From positions 62,001-126,000 of the forward strand of contig CBFFRQ010000029.1 of assembly GCA_965644315.1 (NCBI GenBank): DNA of 64,000 nt, given 5' to 3'. The DNA is from Caecitellus pseudoparvulus (lineage: Eukaryota > Protista > Bigyra: Bicosoecida). Position numbers and translations under genes: made by a program. Shown here piece by piece: positions 33,390 to 43,600 of this stretch (position 1 is the first letter of the stretch; the number at the start of each line of letters is the position of its first letter). Below the pieces are notes generated by a model, which saw only the letters and a program-made list of their open reading frames with translations, was not told where the DNA came from and did not search any database.

Positions 33390-34851
33390 ATGGGGAACTG
33401 CTGTGGGGGGAAGCAGGCGGTGGCCCCTGGCAAACGGTGAGGACTGTCTCAGGAGCCGCGAGACGCTTGCTCGCGCATCAGGGATCATGTGCCTCCTGCT
33501 GTCTCCGTGCAGAGATCCGCCTTCTAACCTGGAGCTCCGCATCCAGAAAGCCCTGCAGTTCATCGTTGAGCAGAGGCAGCAGGCCGCACTGCGACGGCAG
33601 CCAAGCGCCACCAGCATGGCTGCAGGGGGCGGGGACATGGCAAACTTTAACCGCATCATCCTCAAATTCCCCACTATTCGAGCGGCATTTGCCTCCATCC
33701 GCAAGGTGCGCCGACCCTGAGCCGCGAGGCCCCTCTCGTAGCGTTTCGGTGAAGAGCGTTTCGGAAACTCTGAAGCTGTCCCTTCCCGGCCCACAGGTGT
33801 TCCACGCGTTCGACGAAGATAAGAATGGCGTCATCGATAAAGACGAACTGAAAACTGCGATGGAGACGCTGGGGGCTACGCTGACAGATGCAGAACTCGC
33901 CGAGATGTTTGAGGTGCGCTACCTCGCCCGGCAACCATGGCCAGCTTGGCCCAGTGAAGGACTGGCACCAAAGCCACGCTGAGCTGCACACCAGGCGCCC
34001 ACCACTACTTCTACCCTACCCTTTGCAGGAGATGAGCATGTCTTCGTCTTCACAGGGCCTGAATTTCCGGGAGTTTCTGCTCTGCCTCAGCATCGGCAGC
34101 GTGTTGCAGCTCTTCCCGCTCATGAAGGCATACAGCAGCCATGAGCTGCCTCCGCTGTGAGTGATGGCGCGGTTTGTGTTGCCTTGGTTACTGCTTTATT
34201 CGCTCCGTTTCTGCTCCTTTGTAGGGAGACGAAGGACTCTGATGTCGGCAGCTCGCAGCCCATGTCAGCACGCAGCTCAGCCTCCATGACAGAAGGGTCA
34301 GGACTGTACCTCCGGGTGAGTGCCTTGTGAACGCTCTGGTTGTCTGGAGACCCACTTGAACGCGTTGGTCTGCCTCGCCGCCCGCTTGTGTCCAGGGCCA
34401 AAAACTGGTGAAAGCGCTGCAGCACGTGCTGGAAGCGTACGTGCTCTTCGATGCGGATGCATCTGGGACCATTGACAAGGAAGAGGTCTTGCACATGGTG
34501 GCTGAGAAGGGGGCGAAGGGGGGTGGCAACATGGCCAGCGCCTTGCTCTCAGAGGAACGGTGGGCGGAGCTGGACTGGGACAAGGATGGCAAGATCACGT
34601 TCGTGGAGTTCCTGTACGCATTCGAAGCGTGGGTCGGCGTGGATGATGAAGACTCTGATGAGAGCGATGGTGATGGTGCTGACCTTATCCTACCCACGGC
34701 CAGCAGTGGAGCGGCAGCTGCCCTGGCGCTGGATGCGCCGTCCCCGGAGTCTCCGCAGGGTGCTGGGGCCACAACTACTGCTGCTGTCGGGCCCGCGACT
34801 GGATCGGCGGCCTTGCCAACGCCACAAGATGCTCAGTCTCAGCCCTCGTAG
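33390..34851 (+). CDS. EF-hand calcium-binding protein (calmodulin-like, plant CML21/22-like) with MGNCC acylation motif
   Basis: Spliced: MGNCCGGKQ...NFNRIILKFPTIRAAFASIRKVFHAFDEDKNGVIDKDEL...FDADASGTIDKEE...LDWDKDGKITFVEF. Several GT-AG introns. Confidence 0.85.
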
Positions 34852-35236
34852 ATCGTGATGCTTGTGGCCAGAGCACGCTTCCTAGGAAACGGCAATGTGG
34901 TGCCGGTGTCCTGGGGCATTGCTGTAGTTGAATGTATGCCTGCCCATTGTTGACAGGTGCCACCAGAGTGGCACAATCTACTGCCCAGAGACACATCAAA
35001 GAAGACTTTGTCCACGCCGCGTGTCTCGCACACCGCTGCTGCGTGGTGCGATGCAGCAGCGGCCGAGTCACTTCGGCTCCCCGGCTGGCGCACACATACT
35101 GCGCAAAGGCACACCGCAAGGAGAAAAGCACGAATTCCCATCGCGTACATCATGCGCAGAGTTGGAGCCCCCGTGCACGAGCCCACCCCGCAAGGTGAGG
35201 TTGCTCGTGCGTCACCAATCCAGGCGCCGTGCGGAA

Positions 35237-36673
35237 ATGCACTTGCACCACGATCTCGTGCTTGCAAACTCAAATACAGGCAAGAAGATCCTCAGGAGCG
35301 CAGCTGAAGCGCCTTGGCAACCACGATGTCGAGCAAGTGTGCCGCATCGACCCCCTGCCCTATCTGCCTCTGCCCAGTGCCTTGCGAGCAAGTCTGGAGA
35401 GCCTGGCCCCTTGTCCCGTGACAGCCAAGGAACGCAGCGGGGAGAGGGGCGCGCGCCAAGCGACCACAGAAGACCCCAAAGAGACACATCTACTTTTCCA
35501 CCAACGGAGTCAGCAAAGCGAGCGCAGCATGACGATGGGCGCACCCTCTTCGGGCGAAAGCGAGGTGGTTTGCGGACAGGTGATTACCGCAAGTCTGCTG
35601 CGGTCCTGTCGCCTACAGACCCAGACTATCCGAGCGGATTTACTGCTGATGGCCAACGAGTCGACTTCATGCTTCGGCAGCATGGGGGGGTGCTTCGGCG
35701 CCCAGCGTACAGGGAGCAGCTAGTCCCAACAGCTGGTGTGCAGGGGACGACTACACGGTCGCGATGCGGCTGGAAGTCGAGAGAGAGGGCAGACATCCAC
35801 AATGTGGGGCGCCAGAGCTTGGCCAGGTCATACATCCCCGGGGTCGTGGACGTTGCAGCTGAAGAAGCCAAGGTGCGAGTGCTGGCAGCCAGTGCACGGG
35901 AGAGCGAGTCGAACGAGGTCCAGAGCGAGGCTGGCTCCTCACACATCAGCCAACGAAGCTTTCAGGGCCTGCAGATAGCGGACATCGATGCAATTCCCTC
36001 TCTGGCCCACACCCCAACGACTTCCCTTCCTTCAAGCACCCGCTCGCCCAGAACGAGTGCCACCTGGGACAGCCTGCCAACTGGCGGGTCACGCGAGACA
36101 ATGGCGTGGGACGCCCCAGCCGTCCGGCCAGACCTAGCACCACCTTCACTTAATCAGTATATGCTTTCTCGAGAGGACCACTTGCGCACACTGAAGGGAC
36201 CTGTCGGGGGGCCACAGGCCGCGGTGGCCGGAAGAGTCTCCGGATTTCTCTCCGCAGCTTCACATATGAAGCACCCTGGCACAGCATCGCGTGAAGCTGA
36301 GCCAACTGTAGCACCGAGTACACAGCCGGATGTGCGTGGTGGGACCGTTCCCGTGCCGTGGGATATTCTCGAGCGGATACAAGAAGACCGCGCATCCTCC
36401 CAACAATTGGTTGCGACCGCCACCCACCGCGAAGTTGAAAGCTGCCCAGGCATTCGCCCAGGGAGGAGACCGGCTGCGACCATTCTCAAAATGACCGATC
36501 CTTTTGCCCAAGCCGTGCCTGCAGCTGGGAGACCTTCATCCCCGTCCACAGCTCACTTTTCACACATGCAGGCACGTGTGCCATTCTCCAACGAGCCAGC
36601 GGCAATGTTCGTGCGTGCTGGGCAGCAGCTCGTCGGAGAAACTGCATCTACACCAAGTGCACAACCGCTTTGA
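35237..36673 (+). CDS. Hypothetical protein (low complexity, no recognised domain)
   Basis: A long open frame (34928-36673) fills an otherwise empty gap in a very compact region. The start at 35237 is uncertain and no motif was recognised. Confidence 0.55.
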   Translation: MHLHHDLVLANSNTGKKILRSAAEAPWQPRCRASVPHRPPALSASAQCLASKSGEPGPLSRDSQGTQRGEGRAPSDHRRPQRDTSTFPPTESAKRAQHDDGRTLFGRKRGGLRTGDYRKSAAVLSPTDPDYPSGFTADGQRVDFMLRQHGGVLRRPAYREQLVPTAGVQGTTTRSRCGWKSRERADIHNVGRQSLARSYIPGVVDVAAEEAKVRVLAASARESESNEVQSEAGSSHISQRSFQGLQIADIDAIPSLAHTPTTSLPSSTRSPRTSATWDSLPTGGSRETMAWDAPAVRPDLAPPSLNQYMLSREDHLRTLKGPVGGPQAAVAGRVSGFLSAASHMKHPGTASREAEPTVAPSTQPDVRGGTVPVPWDILERIQEDRASSQQLVATATHREVESCPGIRPGRRPAATILKMTDPFAQAVPAAGRPSSPSTAHFSHMQARVPFSNEPAAMFVRAGQQLVGETASTPSAQPL

Positions 36674-36712
36674 TTGGCGCTTCAGCTGGAAGGTACACCG
36701 CTCAGACCAACC

Positions 36713-37615
36713 ATGTCCGGCCAGCAAGACCCTAACCACAGTGCTAGCGCTGACATTCCTGAGCCTGAAATCAACACTGATGTCATCAAGCTTGCTCGAT
36801 GTGGCATGCTCGCAGGCGTGCGGTCTGCTTTCGCCAGAGCTCAAGCAGCGCAGGACGCCGGAAACGATGCGGGCGCTGTGCAAGAGCTTGCCGCTGCCAA
36901 GGACGCCTATGGAGCAAGCTGCATGACGTGGGCAGTGCGGAATGGCTTCAAGGGCCTCACCAAGTTCCTGGTTGAGCAAGAGAGTGATGTCGAGACGCTG
37001 TCGTACGGAGGCCTTATGGTGCGGAATGCCAGCATTCTCGGCGAGTCACTTTGAGCAGCCGAAACGCCACTGAAACGCCTATTTTGCTCGCGCAGCCCAT
37101 ACACCACGCGGCAAATCAGACCCAAGAGAGCATGCTTGCGATACTTGCCGTGGATTCTGGTCGTACAGCAGCGGCTTCCTCTGCTGGAAACACTGCTCTG
37201 CACTTCGCCGCAGGCCGTGGCATCGTGCGACAGGTGCAGCTTTTGTTGCGTGCAGGAGCTGATCCCAATGCTCAGAATGCCGCAGGTCAAACCCCCACAC
37301 ACGTTGCCGCTTCTGCTGGATTTAGTTCTGTCATTCGTGCTCTTCAAGAGTCAGGTGCAGATCTACAAGCCCAAGATGGCAAAGGGAACACCCCTCTTCA
37401 CCTTGCCTGTGCTTGCGGGCATGCAGACGTTGTAAGCGACCTTGTGAAGATGGGCTGCACGGAAACCCCCAACAGGTACGTGCTCTGAGGGGTATGAACG
37501 TTTATCCTGCTCCGCAACCTTACTACCCATGCTTCTTTGGCGCAGGCGAGGAGAGACACCAGGCAACGCGGCGTGTACGGAAGCAGTGCGAGGCGCTCTT
37601 TCGCAAAGAAGCTGA
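36713..37615 (+). CDS. Small ankyrin-repeat protein
   Basis: Motifs GNTALHFAAGRG, GQTPTHVAASAG and GNTPLHLACACG. Two GT-AG introns; last exon ends ...GALSQRS-TGA at 37615. Confidence 0.88.
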
Positions 37616-37639
37616 GCAATTTAGAAGTGCGAAGTTAAA

Positions 37640-40600
37640 TTAGTCATCCAACAAGGGTGCGCTGATGGTGCCGTTGCCCGGCCCGAAGAATTCACGCAGC
37701 TGCTCGTGAGTGGGAGGCTTCACCTCGCCCTCTTCACAAACCACTTCAACCCCCTCATCGTCGAAGTAGAAGGCAGCCCCTTCTTCTGTCCGAAAGAAAG
37801 TAAGACCTTGCCTTTCTGTGTATGCATACGTGCCGTCTTCGCACCTCTGCCAAGGGAAACCAAGGCCGTCAACACCCCAGGACACTCCATCCCCCCACAG
37901 CTCCTCCTCCGCCTCGTGGGACGTTGCATCCTCGCCATGGCTTACTTGGCGCCCCTCTGCCCTTGCCGCCGCCTTCACTGCATCGGGGGCATTCCAAATT
38001 GTCTCCGTTGTGAAGAATGATGGCCTGCTGGAGTCCTGGCTGCTTTGAGCCAGTGCTGCTTCCTGCTGCAAACGGGCGGAGATTGCGGCTTCAGAAGTCG
38101 GTGCCTTCGAGCTCGATTTTGACAAAAGAGGGTGGGCACCCTTTCTTACTGGGGGGTAGTGTACCGTCAACCAACCAGGCGGGGCACCCTTGCGCTCTCC
38201 TGATAGCTGATCTACATACTCAAAGGTGTCTGACTCGGGCACGTACTCGCAGACATACCGGCGCTTCAACAGCCGACGCACCTCGCAGCGCGCCAAAAAG
38301 CCTTTTGCAATGCGCTGAATAGCTGATGCTGCTTCGCTATTGTTTCGGTACACTCTGGGACGCCGCCGGCTCCCACCTGCACCCGATGAGATTGCACGAG
38401 CAGGAACAAATACTGCGCTCCCTTCTGCTGTCTCTGGAGGATCTGCCTGAGGAGTGTCAGCAAGGCGTGAAGTGGCCGCAGGAGATTCAGATCCGACGAA
38501 GGTGTCTGGCTCCGCTGAGCCGTGCGGCAGCTCACCCTCTGCGGTGAGTGTCGAGGCGGTTGCATAACCGTGAAGGGAGTAGTTGGTCTCCGCAGAACCA
38601 GCATGTGCTGCAGTTTCCAGGTTGCTCAGGATCTCCGCCGCCGTGGTTTCGTTCGGGGGAACAGGGTCGAAGTATGTCATTTCGCCGCTCGCCCTGTACA
38701 TGTATGCTGCCCCAGTGTCGTCACGGTAAAATGACACCCAAGACGCATCTGTGTAGCATGTGTACCCATCCACATCCACACTCCACGGGAAGCCGTCTGC
38801 GTCAATGCCATACGCGGCGCTTGCATGCGCTTCAGCAGCACTGCTGTGCACATCAACCGTCTCCACGCCTGTTGAGGGGACTGTCGAATCTTGCCAGGTC
38901 TCCTCTTCGGCATCTTCAACATGGAGGCCGTGGTCAGTGGCAGACTCTCCGTCAGCAGGCGTCTGCAGCTGTGGTGAGTCGTACATGATTTCTCCGGCCT
39001 CCAAGCGGCGCAGGACCTCCTCTGGCGTTCCAACCTTCTGCATCCATCGAAGGACGAACTCCTCTGCATCGTGCAGCCGAGGGGACCTTTGGCGAAGCGT
39101 TTGGAAGCGCTCGCCGAGGCGGGCCTGGACTTCGCCGCGGGCAAGCCATCCGCGCACCACAGCCTGAATAGTCGAAGCGAACCGATCCACAGGCTTTGCT
39201 GCAAGCTTTGCTAGCATGGAGATCGACCACTGCGGCAGGCACAGGCTGAGGGTGCGTTCTCTTCGGTATCTGGCCCCAAGCTTGCCTTGCCACATGGTCG
39301 TCCAGGGCCCCGCAAACACTTGCTCCTGAACGATTTCGAATGCAGAATCAAAGGCGCTGATGGGGAATGGCACCTTATCTTGGCTCTCCAGAATGCCATC
39401 CCTGATGTTCATGGGAATTATGGGAATGCGCTGAGGTTGCCGGACAAACTGGTCAATGATGCGCGAGGCTGCCGAGACCCGCACTGTCTCCACCCGCCGC
39501 TCCAAGTCGAAATTACTTCCGATGTTGATGCGCCGCTTGTCTATGGAGCGGTATGCAAGGACTTCAGCCAGAAAAAGCACACTGTCCTCGATGCCTTGGC
39601 GCCGCGCAGTCTGTGCCAGCATGCGCGTCCATCGCTTCACGGCCAATGCCTGCTGCAGCTCAGCCGTGCTTGGAACGAGTTTGAACTGCAACATGTGATT
39701 GCTGGAACCTGGACCCTCCTCATCGGAGCTTGAAGCTCCATCTGAGTCAATACGGGCACTGACTGAGAAGAACTCTGGCGCGGAGGCAAGTGCTGCGAGA
39801 GCCTCCTGCTCGCCCTGTTGCCGGGCTGGCTCGAAGGCGTCCTCTGAAATGAGAGGATCCAGCTCTGGCATCTGCTGAAACAGTGAATCTCCGGTGTACT
39901 GTCCATACATCCATCGCTGCAGAAGGCGCCAAGAAACACCCAAGCACACCAAATGCGACGTGCGGTTGTGTCGACAAGATGCTCTGAACTCAGCACGCTG
40001 CCGCCTCTTTTGGTACACTGCATCCTCTCGCATCATGTCAAGGGTTTCTCGCTGAACCCTTGTTAATTCTAACACCTTCATCGTGTCCGCCAAAGCATGC
40101 CTGCGCTCCTGCTCGCTTGTGCGCCTGCCGTTGAATAGCAGGTGGCCATCATCGGCCGACACGGCGCCAACACTCTCGCGGCGCTTCCATGACTCCTCAG
40201 CATCGAACGCAGACAAAAGGTCCTGGTAGTACTGTTCCATTTTATGGTTTGCTTCGTAAGCAAGCCCAGCTGAGCTGAGGCTCTCGGTCAACAGCGTGAC
40301 GGCAGACCGCACATCCTCGTGTGCTGGGTGCACCGAGTGTAAGCGGAGGAGTTCCAAAGCCTCGCACAGGACCGATTGAGCAAGCTGAGCATCTTGCTCA
40401 AGCGAGTGCAGTCGCCCAAGCAGTACCAGAGTCCCTGAAAACCCCAGGTGCTGTCTCGGGAGGTTAATCTTTTGTCTCTGCATCAGACCTGTCAGCGTGC
40501 GCTTGGCCGCTTGCAAGTCCCCACGATCCATTTGGCATGCAGCCATTTGCAGCTCAGGGGGGCGTTCATACATGCTTTGAACCCTCAAGCGCGCGAGAGT

Positions 40601-43600
40601 TCGGCGAGATTCCCGGTCAGCCGCCTCCGCCTCAGCTCGCTCTGTCTCAGCTTGCTTGCTCAGGGCCTGCTCTGCTTCGAGGTTCCGGACAGCATTCCCC
40701 ATGGCCTGCTTCGCACGTTCAACGTCAACAAGGTTGTCCAGTGTTGACCGAGACTCCGCAAAACTCGCTCTCTTTGCGCTCGACCCCGCGACTCGTGCTG
40801 ATGACGGCGAGGCGCCTTCCTGCCTCCACTCTTGGCCTGGAAGGGGCACACCTAAGCCGAGGGATTGCAGTTGGCGTGAGGCCTCGTGTAGCAGTGCTCC
40901 CCGCCCAGTGGCACTGAAACCCTCCGCTTTCTCCTCGCGTTCTGCTTCCAGGCCCAATGTCTGCTGTGCGCTGCCTTGCAGCAGGGCAGCGCGCCGAAGG
41001 ACTGTCGCTTTGGCTTCAGGCGAGCCGACGGTCTCCCCATCAAGCCCTGCCTCCAAACTCTGGGCCAGACGGGACAGTCGCAAGATGTCATCTTCAAAGG
41101 TTTCACGAAGTGCTTCGCCTCCCTGAATGCTAGCTTCGTGCTCAGCAGCCAACAAGGCCGCCATGCGCTGCAGCCTCGCAGCCTTCTTCTCACGCAAACG
41201 CTCTGCCTTTTGGGTTCGAGCGAGCGCAGCTCGCTCTTCTTCCGCCGCATTTGACGATGCGTGTGGAGTTGGAGGCCCTTCTGTTGGGACCTGCGCATCT
41301 ACCCCAGACAGAAACTGGCCCGGCGAGAATGCCCGAAACACAGCAAGGGCTGCAGGGTGCGTTTGCGTCGTTGAATCAAGGGACCCAGCAGGTAGAGCAG
41401 CTCCATCTCCTTCAATGCCATCAGGTGCAGATTCTCGTTTTCCCATGTCAGACTTAATGGGCAGGACAGCACTGGGGGGCGTGCCAGTGGATGACCCGAC
41501 CTTGGACTTGTAGTGAGTCAGCATGGCCGCCTCGGCGAGCCTGCGCTTTTCATGCAACGGGAGGTCGGACTTAGCCCCCGGTCCAGCTGCGCTGGACGTG
41601 CTTATGAGAGCTTTGAGCTTCTCAAGTGCTTTTATGTCGCCAAGTTGCGATTGTCGGAGGAGAGCAGCCTTAGTCGCGATGCGACGGGCCCGCTCCCGAG
41701 CAGCTTGCCCGATCAACCCACGGGACGTCATTTGCCAGCCCACTGACCCAGGTCGAAAACGCTGACGAGCTTGGCGAGCTTCAAGACTGTCAGCTTGCGG
41801 ACGAACGCGACCTAATTCTTCAATAACCGCCAGGGTTGCACTCCCAGGATCACCCGAGCCGCCATCGTCTGCAGCGGCGGTGACGCTTGGGAGTGCACCG
41901 GTGAACTCAGGGTCCGCAGCCAGCAGGAGAGATGCCGCAGTTGCTACGATGCTGCGTTCTGTTGCAGCCTTCGCATCTTTGCTTGCTTCCAGCTTGGCTG
42001 CTCGAAGGCGGGAAACCGCACTAAGCGCTGGGTGATCCCCTCCGTTCTCGCTTTGCCGAGCCTCTTGCAGATCACGAGACAAGCCCTCCGAGAAGCGGTG
42101 TTGCAGGACCTCTGTCGGAGACACAGCTGCGGCGCTGATGCCTGTTCGTCCAGATGCTGCTGTGCTGGGACGGGTACTAGCAGCTGTGCTCTGCGTGTCT
42201 GTCGATGCATCGCCAGGTGTCAGCAGCGCCGCTGACTCCAGAGTCTTGCTGAGTGAAACATGGTTTCTGACCCGTGTTATGCCACCCATTAACTTGTTTC
42301 GGATCAGTGAGAGGGCCTCCTGCTCTTTGCTTGCCTTGGACGCCCGCTGGGCCATGATGCCGTCGCTGAGACCATCGGGTGGAATAGGCTTGAACCTGTG
42401 GTGGCGATGCCCATCTTGCTTCGCCAACCACAGCGTGCACCGCTCACAAAGCTTCCGGTGCGAATTCAAATCTCGCAACCTTGCAGCTCGCTTGGAACAG
42501 TTGTCACACAGTTGATTTTGGCGCAGGACGATGACAGGAGCACTGTCCCCGCCGGCGCCTGAACCATGCTCTGCAAGCAGCCGGGCGCTGACCGCCCCTT
42601 CGTAGCCGGTGAGGAAGTTTCCAAAGGCAATCTGAGCACTAAGGGCTGCGTCAAGATCGTGGCGCGCGCGCTTCACCAGCTTCTTCTGCAGCTGCCCTCT
42701 GCTCCTCAAGCTTGCCCGGCTCTTGCCTGTGCGCCGCATGGCATCTTGCACCGCGGCCTCCTCCAGACCTGCCTCAACCTCAGCTGCGCGCATGCGAATC
42801 TGTCGGATGGCTTGCCTGCGGACCACTGCACTTGGGTGTGCTGCCAAGGCAAGGATGGACTTGGACGGCTTCAAGCGAAACTGGCTTTCATCCAGGTCGT
42901 AGCCCAGCCACAATTCAGGCAGAACTCGCCGAACGCCTGCTGGGGCACGTGGATCACAGTCCCACTCTCCGGGCTCCGGCACCACATCGTCCAACTCCTC
43001 GCCGAGCTCTTCCTCCTGCTCAGCCGCAAGGGACTGCCTTTGCTGTAAAGCGCTTGACGCTTTGGCTTCTGCCTCAAGCTTCTTCTGCCGCTCAGCAGCC
43101 TCCTCTTGCTCTCGGTGACGTGCGGCTTCAGCAGCAAAGTTCGAAAACGCTGCCACGGCCGTGCGCCGGATGTTCCCCACTCTCGAAGCTCTGTGCGTTG
43201 CCTGCAACTGAGCCTGAAACACGCGCTCGACATCCTGTGCACGTGCAGTCTCTCCCCCAATGACCTTCATCCACTTGCCGACGACTTCAAAGACGCTGTG
43301 TCCGCGCTTCAGAAGTGCAGCAGCTGCTCCTGTTGTCGAGCTTGCCACTGGCAGGGCAGGTTGACCGGACTCTGCCCCTTGCATCGTGTTGCCCTTCCAT
43401 TGTGCCTTGCCAAGGCGGCTGTCAATAGCTTGCTTCATGGCAGCGATGAACTCTTCTTCAACCACTGATAAGATGGCTTGCCTCTCCGACATGCGAGGCT
43501 GTGCGGTGCCCAGTGGGCGAAGGGTGGACAATTTCTGACCTGGTCCGGCGAGCAACCTCTGAACCTTGGATACAACGTCAGAGGTGTCGAATGTCAACGG

